Assembly (NCBI RefSeq): GCF_036846085.1
Contig: NZ_DAIUCO010000018.1
Location: forward strand, 12,584-36,583
Reading direction: 5' to 3'
Source of the DNA: Noviherbaspirillum sp.
GTDB lineage: Bacteria > Pseudomonadota > Gammaproteobacteria > Burkholderiales > Burkholderiaceae_D
DNA: 24,000 bases
A program made the position numbers and the translations under genes. Shown piece by piece: positions 8,177 to 16,191 of this stretch (the stretch's first letter is position 1; every line of letters begins with the position of its first letter). The notes under the pieces are model-generated. The model searched no databases, was not told the origin of the DNA, and worked only from the letters and a program-made list of their open reading frames with translations.

Positions 8177-9235
8177 TCAGCTTTTCGGCATCTCGTCTTC
8201 CGACGAGAACAAATCCCATGCGGCGATGAACAGGGCCGCGATGACCGGCCCGATGACGAAGCCGTTGAGGCCGAACATCGCGATGCCGCCGAGTGTCGAG
8301 ATCAGCACCACATAATCGGGCATCTGCGTGTCCTTTCCGACCAGGATGGGGCGCAGGATGTTGTCGACGAGGCCGATGACGAAGACGCCGAAAAGAATGA
8401 GCGCCACGCCTTGCCAGATCGCGCCGGTCACCAAGAAGTAGATCGCGACCGGCGCCCAGATGATGGCCGCGCCGATCGCCGGCAGCAGCGACAGGAAAGC
8501 CATCAGCGTGCCCCACAGCAGCGCGCCCTGGATGCCGAGGAACCAGAACATCAGGCCGCCCAGCACACCCTGCGTGCCGGCGACGACGATGTTGCCTTTG
8601 ACGGTGGCGCGGATGACGGTGGTGAATTTGCCGAACAGATTGCGCTTCTGTTCGACGCTCAGCGGGATCGCATGCTTGATCCGTACCGCCAGGACGGAGC
8701 CGTCGCGCAGCAGGAAAAACAGCAGGTAGAGCATCAGGCCGAAGCCGATCAGGAAGTCGAAGGTGTTCTGGCCGATGTAGACAGCCTGCTTGGCGACCAG
8801 CTGGCTGCCCTGCATGGCGCCGCTCGTCAGCCTTTCCTGCAGGGTGGCAATGCTGGTGATGCCGAAACGGTCGAGCAGGGTGACGATCCAGTCAGGAAGC
8901 GCATCGATCACCTGCTGGAAATAAAGACCGAAATTCAGTTCCCCCGACCGTATCCGTTCATACAACGCAGCGCCTTGCCGCAGGAGCGATGCGGTGATGA
9001 CCGACAGCGGAAAGATCACGATGACCAGTGACAGCAGCAGCGTGATCACGGCAGCCAGATTGCGCCGGTGATTCAGGTTGGCGACGAGGCGGCGGTAGAG
9101 CGGGGCAAACAGGATTGCCAGCGCCGTACCCCAGAATATCGCGCCGTAATAGGGCAGGAGTATCCAGATAAATGCGATTGTTACGACGGCCAGCAGAAGC
9201 AGGAAGACCTTGTGTTGGAGTTCGGGAGAATTCAT
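8177..9235 (-). CDS. AI-2E family transporter (PerM/UPF0118-like membrane protein)
   Basis: 352 aa. N-terminal TM cluster, a central less hydrophobic segment, and a C-terminal TM bundle (FLSLLPAIGAAIIWAPVAIYF...GKDTQMPDYVVLISTLGG), as in the AI-2E/PerM family. Called from overall pattern recall. Confidence 0.8.
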   Translation of the reverse strand: MNSPELQHKVFLLLLAVVTIAFIWILLPYYGAIFWGTALAILFAPLYRRLVANLNHRRNLAAVITLLLSLVIVIFPLSVITASLLRQGAALYERIRSGELNFGLYFQQVIDALPDWIVTLLDRFGITSIATLQERLTSGAMQGSQLVAKQAVYIGQNTFDFLIGFGLMLYLLFFLLRDGSVLAVRIKHAIPLSVEQKRNLFGKFTTVIRATVKGNIVVAGTQGVLGGLMFWFLGIQGALLWGTLMAFLSLLPAIGAAIIWAPVAIYFLVTGAIWQGVALILFGVFVIGLVDNILRPILVGKDTQMPDYVVLISTLGGIAMFGLNGFVIGPVIAALFIAAWDLFSSEDEMPKS

Positions 9236-9383
9236 TGTTGATCCGGTTAAGCGATCTTGTTGCCTGGGTGGAAATAAGGAATGTGCATGAAGCGGGCGCG
9301 CAATGCCCTGAAACGATAAAAAACGAACAACACTATAACCTTAACCGCGCATGGGAGCGGTGCTTTGACGAATGCATAGGGAT

Positions 9384-9420
9384 ATAGCGGCTCGCTATTT
9401 AATAAATAAAATCAATCAAT
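9384..9420. promoter_or_regulatory. Candidate OxyR/LysR-type operator upstream of the first catalase
   Basis: Reads ATAG-N7-CTAT-N7-ATAA-N7-CAAT. That matches 14 of the 16 tetranucleotide core positions of the E. coli OxyR consensus ATAGnTnnnAnCTAT-N7-ATAGnTnnnAnCTAT. It sits directly upstream of a sigma70-like -35/-10 pair. Confidence 0.35.
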
Positions 9421-9449
9421 TTGGTGAAATTGATAGTTTTCAATATGCT
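9421..9449 (+). promoter_or_regulatory. Candidate sigma70-type promoter for katA (TTGGTG-N17-TATGCT)
   Basis: -35-like TTGGTG at 9421-9426, a 17-nt spacer, and -10-like TATGCT at 9444-9449, about 140 nt upstream of ATG 9589. Sequence match only. Confidence 0.3.
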
Positions 9450-9588
9450 TGCCGCTAACCAACCCATCCATGCGAGACGACCCCATGCACACCGCCGCAC
9501 ATACCGCCGATTCCATGGATGCAAGCTGGCTTGCCCTATTGGCAGCCATCGCGTTGGCTTACTGATCTTTCACCTTCACGAGGCATGC

Positions 9589-11037
9589 ATGAACGAGACA
9601 ACCACATTGACGACGGCTTCCGGCATACCGGTCGACGATAACCAGAACAGTTTGACCGCCGGTCCGCGTGGTCCGGTACTGCTGCAGGATTTTCACCTGA
9701 TCGAAAAGCTGCAGCATTTCAACCGCGAGCGGATTCCGGAGCGTGTGGTACATGCTAAAGGCTCGGGCGCCTACGGCACCTTCATCGTGACACACGACAT
9801 CAGCCATTTCACCAAGGCGAAGCTCTTTGCGCAGATCGGCAAGCAGACGGAAACCTTCGTGCGTTTCTCGACCGTCGGCGGCGAGCGCGGGTCAGCCGAT
9901 ACCGAGCGCGATCCGCGTGGCTTCGCGGTGCGTTTCTATACCGAGGAAGGCAACTGGGATCTGGCCGGCAACAACACGCCGATGTTTTTCATCAAGGACC
10001 CGATCAAGTTCCCGGATTTCGTGCATACGCAGAAGCGCTGCCCGATGACCAATCTGAAATCGGCGACGATGATGTGGGACTTCTGGAGCAATGCGCCGGA
10101 GTCGCTGCACCAGGTGACGATGCTGTTTTCCGATCGCGGCACGCCGGACGGCTACCGGCATATGGACGGCTTCGGCAGCCATACCTTCAGCCTCATCAAC
10201 CATGCCGGCCAGCGCGTCTGGGTCAAGTGGCACCTGAAAACCCGCCAGGGGATCAAGAACCTGTCGGCCGCCGACGCGGTCCGCCTTGCCGGCGAGGACC
10301 CGGACTATGCGCAGCGCGACCTGTTCAATGCGATCGCCGGCGGCGATTTCCCGAAGTGGGATGTGTTCATCCAGGTGATGCGCGAAGACGAGGCAGCCGC
10401 CTGGGCGGCGAGGACAGGCTGGAATCCGTTCGACCTGACCAAGATCTGGCCGCACAAGGATTTCCCGCGCATTCCCGTCGGCACGCTGGAACTGAACCGC
10501 AACCCGGAGAACTATCACGCCGAGGTGGAGCAGGTCGCGTTCTCGCCCGCCAACATCGTTCCCGGCATGGGCTATTCGCCGGACAAGATGCTGCAGGGAC
10601 GCTTATTCGCCTATCACGACGCACAGCTCTATCGCGTGGGTACCAATCACCAGCAGCTGCCGGTCAATCGTCCTCGCTGCCCGGTCAATCACCAGCAGCG
10701 CGACGGTGCGATGGCGATCAACAATTTCGGCTCGCAACCCAACTACGCGAATGTTCACGGCAAGGGTGTGCCGTCCCGCGGATTCGGACATGGCGATGCC
10801 GGCTGGCCGCTCGTCGGCGAAGCCGGACGTTACGATCCGCGCGGCGAGGACGACGACACGACCCAGGCCGGCAACCTGTTCCGCCTGATGAGCAGCGGCG
10901 AGCAGGACCGTCTTGCTACCAACATCGCCAATGCGATGCGCGGTGTTGCCGCCGAGATCCAGCAATGCCAGCTGGCGCATTTCGATAAGGCGGACCCGGC
11001 GTATGGCGCGGCGGTGAGGACCAAGCTGGCCGCCTGA
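9589..11037 (+). CDS. katA: Monofunctional heme catalase, small-subunit type (~482 aa)
   Basis: [18 protein letters not shown] (distal His), RFSTVGGERGSADTERDPRGFAVRFYTEEGNWDLAGNNTPMFFI, and RLFAYHDAQLYRVG (proximal Tyr). The ORF track starts at TTG 9421, but ATG 9589 (MNETTT...), with GAGG 5 nt upstream, gives the canonical catalase N-terminus. Confidence 0.95.
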   Translation: MNETTTLTTASGIPVDDNQNSLTAGPRGPVLLQDFHLIEKLQHFNRERIPERVVHAKGSGAYGTFIVTHDISHFTKAKLFAQIGKQTETFVRFSTVGGERGSADTERDPRGFAVRFYTEEGNWDLAGNNTPMFFIKDPIKFPDFVHTQKRCPMTNLKSATMMWDFWSNAPESLHQVTMLFSDRGTPDGYRHMDGFGSHTFSLINHAGQRVWVKWHLKTRQGIKNLSAADAVRLAGEDPDYAQRDLFNAIAGGDFPKWDVFIQVMREDEAAAWAARTGWNPFDLTKIWPHKDFPRIPVGTLELNRNPENYHAEVEQVAFSPANIVPGMGYSPDKMLQGRLFAYHDAQLYRVGTNHQQLPVNRPRCPVNHQQRDGAMAINNFGSQPNYANVHGKGVPSRGFGHGDAGWPLVGEAGRYDPRGEDDDTTQAGNLFRLMSSGEQDRLATNIANAMRGVAAEIQQCQLAHFDKADPAYGAAVRTKLAA

Positions 11038-11064
11038 TCAATCCTCTCCAGGCCGACTTAACGT

Positions 11065-11109
11065 GACGAAGGCGCTGCGGCATATCTGCCGCAGCGCCTT
11101 CGTCGTTTT
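11065..11109 (+). terminator. Rho-independent terminator after katA
   Basis: Perfect 18-bp stem: GACGAAGGCGCTGCGGCA (11065-11082) pairs with TGCCGCAGCGCCTTCGTC (11087-11104). The loop is TATC and the stem is followed by GTTTT. Confidence 0.85.
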
Positions 11110-11335
11110 GCATGCCGGTATTTATCCCCTGTCCCGGGTGGACACACATCGATCGAAGGAACTGATCGATTGCGATTTTCTCTATATGCCTACGGTGTTG
11201 ATCGCATTCTGCATTGCGCAGTAGAAAGCTATCGAACGCATCAAATGATCAAATTAGGAGGACCGGCGCGTCGCCGCGTATCTTGTCTGTCTCATCAGAT
11301 CATTCTCACGCCACTTCCGACCAGAGAGGAAAGCC

Positions 11336-12961
11336 ATGAATACCGATCGACTCGAGCGCCCGACGCTCACCACCCGCCAGGGGCATCCCGTCAGCGACAA
11401 CCAGGCATTGCGCTCCGTCGGCGAGCGCGGCCCGGCAACGCTGGAAAACTATCAGTTCATTGAAAAGATCACCCACTTCGACCGCGAACGCATTCCCGAG
11501 CGCGTCGTCCATGCGCGCGGCACCGGCGCCCATGGTTACTTCGAACCCTACGGCAAAATCGGCAACGAGCCCGTTTCGAAATACACGCGCGCAAGGGTGC
11601 TCAATGAAGTAGGCGTGCGCACGCCGATCTTCCTTCGCTTCTCTACCGTGATCGGTTCGAAGGATTCGCCGGAGACGGCGCGCGATCCCCGCGGCTTCGC
11701 GATCAAGTTCAAGACCGTCGAAGGCAACTGGGACCTCGTCGGCAATAACCTGAAGGTGTTTTTCATCCGAGATGCGATCAAGTTTCCGGACATGATCCAC
11801 GCCTTCAAGCCCGACCCGGCGACGAACCGGCAGGAGCCCTGGCGCTTCTATGACTTCGTCTCGCAGTCGCCGGAGGCGCTGCACATGGTTACCTGGGTCA
11901 AGAGCCCATGGGGTATTCCCGCCAACTATCGGGAGATGGAAGGCTCGGGCGTAAACACCTACAAGTTCGTCAACGACCAGGGCGTTGCCCATCTCGTCAA
12001 ATTCCACTTCCAGCCGAAGCAGGGTGTGCGCAATCTCACCAGTGCGCAGGCCGCCGAGATCCAGGCGCAGGAAGTCGGTCATGCGACAAAGGATTTGTAC
12101 GAGGCGATCGAGCGCGGCGATTTCCCGGAATGGGAGTTCTGCGTGCAATTGATGACCGACGACGAGCATCCCGAACTGGACTTCGATCCGCTCGATGACA
12201 CCAAGCGCTGGCCGGAAGACAAGTTCCCGCTGCTGCCGCTCGGCCGCATCGTGCTCGACCGCAATCCCGACAATGTCTTTGCCGAGACGGAGCAGTCGGC
12301 GTTCGGTACCGGTGTGCTGGTCGACGGCATCGATTTTTCCGACGACAAGATGCTGCAGGGGCGCACGTTGTCCTACTCGGATACCCAGCGTTACCGCGTC
12401 GGTCCCAATTACCTGCAACTGCCGATCAACGCGCCGCAGGAAAAAGCCCGCGCGCACACCAACCAGCAGGGCGGCGCCATGGCCTACTACGTCGACCCCA
12501 ACGGCGGCAACCGTCACATCAACTATGAGCCCAGCCTCATGGGCGGACTGCAGGAAGCGCCCAAGCCGGAAAAGGATTATCACCAGTGGGTGGAGGGCCA
12601 TCTCGGGCGCTACCAGACCACCCGCACCGCCGACGACTACAAGCAGGCGGGCGAGCGTTACCGGACCTTCGAGGAATGGGAGCGCGAGGACCTGGTCAAC
12701 AATATCGGCAACGACCTGAAGCAATGCCCGGAGCCGATCCAGCTGCGCATGGTCTGGCATCTGTGGCACTGCGATCCGGACTACGGCACCCGCGTGGCAA
12801 AGATCGCCGGCATCGATCTGTCGCGGGCGAAGGACCTGCCGCCGCTGCCGGGCAAACCGGCGCCGCACCAGGCACGCCAGGCGACGACGTACACCAGCGG
12901 GCAGAAAGAGGAATCCGCAGGCGTGGAGACGCGTTCGGAAGAAACGAGCGGCGCCAAGTAG
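11336..12961 (+). CDS. katB: Monofunctional heme catalase, second paralog (541 aa, KatB-like) with a Pro/Lys-rich C-terminal tail
   Basis: [62 protein letters not shown] and [24 protein letters not shown] precedes ATG 11336. The katB symbol follows the P. aeruginosa katB-ankB arrangement, because an ankyrin gene follows. Confidence 0.93.
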   Translation: MNTDRLERPTLTTRQGHPVSDNQALRSVGERGPATLENYQFIEKITHFDRERIPERVVHARGTGAHGYFEPYGKIGNEPVSKYTRARVLNEVGVRTPIFLRFSTVIGSKDSPETARDPRGFAIKFKTVEGNWDLVGNNLKVFFIRDAIKFPDMIHAFKPDPATNRQEPWRFYDFVSQSPEALHMVTWVKSPWGIPANYREMEGSGVNTYKFVNDQGVAHLVKFHFQPKQGVRNLTSAQAAEIQAQEVGHATKDLYEAIERGDFPEWEFCVQLMTDDEHPELDFDPLDDTKRWPEDKFPLLPLGRIVLDRNPDNVFAETEQSAFGTGVLVDGIDFSDDKMLQGRTLSYSDTQRYRVGPNYLQLPINAPQEKARAHTNQQGGAMAYYVDPNGGNRHINYEPSLMGGLQEAPKPEKDYHQWVEGHLGRYQTTRTADDYKQAGERYRTFEEWEREDLVNNIGNDLKQCPEPIQLRMVWHLWHCDPDYGTRVAKIAGIDLSRAKDLPPLPGKPAPHQARQATTYTSGQKEESAGVETRSEETSGAK

Positions 12962-13032
12962 CAACAGGCACTGCAACGCTACCGGAGATGCGCGAGCGGC
13001 GGATGGCCGTGCATCTCCCTCGAGGAGTGAAC

Positions 13033-13587
13033 ATGCAGGAACCTGCCAACGAAACACCATCGAACGAAACACAACCGGCGGCCGCCAGGATACCGGACGA
13101 AGAAACGATTGCATTTGCGCAGAAGGTATTTCATCTCGTCCGGAGCGGCGATGCCGTCATACTGGCCGCGCTGCTGGAACAGGGGCTGCCGCCGAATCTA
13201 TGCAACCACAAGGGCGACAGCCTGCTGATGCTGGCCAGCTACCATGGACATGTCGATGCCGCGCGGATCCTGCTGGAGTACGGGGCCGACACCGAAATCC
13301 GCAACGACCATGGACAGACACCGATCGCCGGCGCTGCCTATAAAGGCGATGTGGCGATGGTGAGACTGCTGCTGGAGCACGGCGCCGATGTGGAAGGCGC
13401 CGCCCCGGACGGCAAGACCGCGCTGATGCTGGCGGCGATGTTCAACCGCGTCGATGTGGTTGACGTGCTGGTCGCGGAAGGCGCGAACATCGAGGCGCGC
13501 GATGCGAAGGGCATGTCGGCGCTGGATGCGGCGCGGGCGATGGGCGCGGCGGATACGCCGGCGCGGCTGGTGAGGGTGGTGCATTAA
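13033..13587 (+). CDS. ankB: Ankyrin-repeat protein, AnkB-like catalase accessory candidate (184 aa)
   Basis: Three to four ankyrin repeats: GDSLLMLASYHGHVDAARILLEYGADTEIRN, HGQTPIAGAAYKGDVAMVRLLLEHGADVEGAA, DGKTALMLAAMFNRVDVVDVLVAEGANIEARD, and KGMSALDAARAMG. The ORF track begins at 12586 inside katB. ATG 13033, with GAGGAG 5 nt upstream, is the credible start. Confidence 0.85.
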   Translation: MQEPANETPSNETQPAAARIPDEETIAFAQKVFHLVRSGDAVILAALLEQGLPPNLCNHKGDSLLMLASYHGHVDAARILLEYGADTEIRNDHGQTPIAGAAYKGDVAMVRLLLEHGADVEGAAPDGKTALMLAAMFNRVDVVDVLVAEGANIEARDAKGMSALDAARAMGAADTPARLVRVVH

Positions 13588-13617
13588 CCACTTCCAGCCG
13601 CAAGCCGGCTCACCGGA

Positions 13618-14310
13618 TTATTTCGTTTCCGCCACCTTTGTGTAGTCCGGACTTTGAAGATGGTGGTAGTGATGCCGGCTGCGTGCTTCATCCATGCGCG
13701 CCCCGCCACGGATGGCTTCCCGGATCGCATTCTCTTCCGCGGTAATCTGCTCGGCGTCGGACAGGATCTTTTCCTGCATCGATTGCGGAATGACGACAAC
13801 GCCGTCGGCATCACCGCGCAGCAGGTCGCCGGGGTGAACGGTGACGCCGCCGATCTGAACCGGCACTTGCAAGCCGGCCAGCTGGATGCGGCCTTTACCG
13901 GTTCGCATCCAGTTTCCCTTGCTGAAAATCGGATAGTTCAGTTCGCTGCACAAGGCCACGTCGCGGTTGATGCCGTCGATGACCGTTCCCGCCATCTTGC
14001 GGCGATGCGCCATCTCGGTAAGGATGTTGCCCCAGGTGCCGACATCGTCCCGGCCGCGATTGTCGATCACGATCACGCTTCCCGGGGCCACATCGTCAAT
14101 GAAGTCCCCGACGTGGCCATCGTCGCCGTGGCCGGCCGGCCGGTATAGCACCGTGTACGCATGTCCGGCCATGCGGAATTTCCGGTCGCACGGGGCGATC
14201 TTGTAGCATTGGCCGACAATGCCGGAACGGTCCAGGGCATCACTGATGGCTGCGCAGTCCAGCCGCAGTGCGCGCGCGACGAAGGACGCGGAGGAATCGG
14301 AAATAGTCAT
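13618..14310 (-). CDS. RraA-fold family protein (RNase E regulator-like / class II HMG-CHA aldolase-oxaloacetate decarboxylase family)
   Basis: 230 aa. GTWGNILTEMAHRRKMAGTVIDGINRDV and GDLLRGDADGVVVIP are typical of the RraA-like fold. It starts 44 nt downstream of the Bug gene stop on the same strand. Confidence 0.82.
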   Translation of the reverse strand: MTISDSSASFVARALRLDCAAISDALDRSGIVGQCYKIAPCDRKFRMAGHAYTVLYRPAGHGDDGHVGDFIDDVAPGSVIVIDNRGRDDVGTWGNILTEMAHRRKMAGTVIDGINRDVALCSELNYPIFSKGNWMRTGKGRIQLAGLQVPVQIGGVTVHPGDLLRGDADGVVVIPQSMQEKILSDAEQITAEENAIREAIRGGARMDEARSRHHYHHLQSPDYTKVAETK

Positions 14311-14354
14311 ATCGAATAAAGCCTATGGATGAAGGGGAAAATGGTCGATGACGA

Positions 14355-15323
14355 TCAGTCGGCGCGGATATTGGCGGTCTTGATCACTTTGGACCAGTAC
14401 TCGATGTCCTTGCGCACCACGGAGTCCAGTTCCTTGGGCGGCATGTAGCGGATTTCGACGCCGGCCGTTTCGGCCGACTTCCGGACCTGTGGCGATTCGA
14501 GCGCGATCTTCAACGCGTCGGTCAGCTTCGCGACCGCAGCAGGAGGCGTATTGGCCGGCGCGAACAGTGCGACCCATGCCTCGAGTTCAAAGCCGGGAAA
14601 TCCCGCTTCGGCGGCTGTCGGCACATCCGGCATCTGGGCCAGCCGGTTTTTCGCGGCTACCGCCAGCGGACGAACCTTGCCGTTTTGCACGAAACCCAAT
14701 ATGGACGGCGGTGTGGCAACCGTCATCTGCACATTGCCTGCCGCGACGTCGAGCATCGCGGGACCGGCGCCGCGATAAGGGACATGGGAGATATCCAGGC
14801 GGTTTTGCTGCTTGAAAAGCTCGACGCCGACGTGCGGCACCGAGCCATTGCCGGATGTCGCGTAGTTCAGCTTGCCGGGATTGGCTTTTGCGTAATCCAC
14901 GAATTCACGCAGGGTCTTCGCGGGAACCGACGGATGCACTGCCAGCACGTGGGGGGCGACGGCCAGCATGCCGACCGGGACGAAATCGCGGATCGGATCC
15001 CAGGCGAGATTGGTATACATGGAGGGATTTCCGACGTGGAACATCGAATAGCCGACCAGCACGGTGTAGCCGTCAGGCGCGGCCCGCGAAACCGCGGTCG
15101 CCGCAATGTTGCCGCCGGCGCCGGACTTGTTCTCGATCATCACCTGCTGACCAAGGGTCTGGGACATCGACGGTGCCACCATCCGGGCAACCGTATCCAG
15201 GATGCCGGCGGGCGGAACGGGGACGACCAGCGTCACGGGCTTGGAAGGAAATGCCGGCTGTGCTAGGGCAGGGGCGGCATAAGCCGCCATGCAGAGCGCG
15301 AGCGCGCAGAATTTATGTAGCAT
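14355..15323 (-). CDS. Bug family (TctC-like) tripartite tricarboxylate transporter substrate-binding protein
   Basis: The ORF track extends to 15830. The credible start is ATG 15323 (MLHKFCALALCMAAYAAPALA signal peptide), with AAGGAGA 8 nt upstream. FPSKPVTLVVPVPPAGILDTVARMV...IENKSGAGGNIAA...PDGYTVLV...VPYRGAGPAMLDVAAGNV is the Bug/TctC family pattern. 322 aa. Confidence 0.9.
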   Translation of the reverse strand: MLHKFCALALCMAAYAAPALAQPAFPSKPVTLVVPVPPAGILDTVARMVAPSMSQTLGQQVMIENKSGAGGNIAATAVSRAAPDGYTVLVGYSMFHVGNPSMYTNLAWDPIRDFVPVGMLAVAPHVLAVHPSVPAKTLREFVDYAKANPGKLNYATSGNGSVPHVGVELFKQQNRLDISHVPYRGAGPAMLDVAAGNVQMTVATPPSILGFVQNGKVRPLAVAAKNRLAQMPDVPTAAEAGFPGFELEAWVALFAPANTPPAAVAKLTDALKIALESPQVRKSAETAGVEIRYMPPKELDSVVRKDIEYWSKVIKTANIRAD

Positions 15324-15370
15324 GTGCAGTGTCTCCTTATGTAATGTATGACGATCGACCAAGCCGTAAA

Positions 15371-15393
15371 ATATCATTGCGTTCATATGATAT
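15371..15393. promoter_or_regulatory. AT-rich inverted repeat in the gntR / bug divergent intergenic region (candidate operator)
   Basis: ATATCAT (15371-15377) and ATGATAT (15387-15393) form a 7-bp inverted repeat with a 9-nt spacer. It overlaps the 8-bp palindrome TCATATGA (15383-15390). The repeat lies in the 89-bp gap between the two divergent start codons. No function has been demonstrated. Confidence 0.25.
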
Positions 15394-15412
15394 ATCAAAT
15401 AAAGAATCTGAT

Positions 15413-16120
15413 ATGCAGAAAACCCCATCCGAGAATTTATTGATGCTAGACACGACGGGCAGCCAGCTGGACCGCATTCGTGCGGCCCTGCAACATGACA
15501 TCGAGACCGGGCTGCTGCGGCCGGGAACGCCGGTCGATGAAAAGGAACTCGCCGACCGCTTCGGCGTATCGCGCACCCCGGTGAGGGAAGCCTTGCTGAC
15601 CCTGGCCGCGCATAACCTCGTGCGCATCGTGCCCCGCTCCGGGATATACGTGTATTCACCTGAGCCGGCTGAATTGGTGAGCATGCTGGAGGCGCTCGCG
15701 GAGCTAGAAGCCGTCGTGGTGCGAATGAGCACGCTGCGCATGGACCAACGTGAACGGGATGAACTGCAGCGACTGTGCACATTGACTCACGAGGCGGCGC
15801 TTCGGGGTGATCGCCATGCTTACGAAACATCCAACCAGGCGTTCCATGAAGCGCTGTACAACGGCGCCCGCAATGACATCATCGTCGAGCAGGTGCGTCA
15901 GCTCAGGTTGCGGCTTGCCGCTTTCCGCCGCAAGGTAAGGGACCAGCCCGGACGGCTCCAATCCGCGGCGGAGGAGCACAACCATATCGTCGAGAGCTTG
16001 CTGCGCAACGATACCGAGCGGGCGGCACAGGGAATGCGTGAACATATCCTTGCCAAGGGACGGGCTTTCGCGGACCTGCTGTTTGCTTCGCCTGGCGGGA
16101 TGGCGCCGGGAAAAGTTTGA
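15413..16120 (+). CDS. GntR family transcriptional regulator, FadR/FCD subfamily
   Basis: The ORF track starts at 14855, antisense to the Bug gene. The credible start is ATG 15413 (MQKTPSE...), with MLDTTG 10 codons later as an alternative. Winged HTH: EKELADRFGVSRTPVREALLTLAAHNLVRIVPRSGIYV. The C-terminus is an all-helical FCD-like domain (HEALYNGARND..., EEHNHIVESL). Confidence 0.9.
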   Translation: MQKTPSENLLMLDTTGSQLDRIRAALQHDIETGLLRPGTPVDEKELADRFGVSRTPVREALLTLAAHNLVRIVPRSGIYVYSPEPAELVSMLEALAELEAVVVRMSTLRMDQRERDELQRLCTLTHEAALRGDRHAYETSNQAFHEALYNGARNDIIVEQVRQLRLRLAAFRRKVRDQPGRLQSAAEEHNHIVESLLRNDTERAAQGMREHILAKGRAFADLLFASPGGMAPGKV

Positions 16121-16191
16121 GCGGACGCGCATCTTTCTCCATGAAAGAATGTCGGGAATGCAGCTGATCGAAGGCAATGGCGCCTGCGGGC

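Noticed and set aside
11283-11339. 18-codon upstream ORF (TTG start) whose TGA overlaps the second catalase ATG
   Set aside because: It has a non-ATG start with no properly spaced Shine-Dalgarno; the AGGAGG at 11256-11261 is 21 nt upstream. Most likely coincidental.
11306-13114. 602-aa ORF on the minus strand
   Set aside because: It lies entirely antisense to the second catalase, whose catalase motifs are unambiguous. The translation is Arg/Ala/Leu/Gly-rich, low-complexity and has no family resemblance. This is a typical shadow ORF of high-GC DNA.
15324-15830. N-terminal extension of the Bug ORF (the track gives 491 aa). Similar long 5' extensions: katA (9421-9588), ankB (12586-13032) and gntR (14855-15412)
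   Set aside because: The extensions overlap neighbouring genes or intergenic DNA. They are Pro/Arg/Ala-rich and precede internal ATGs that have good Shine-Dalgarno sequences and give canonical family N-termini or signal peptides.
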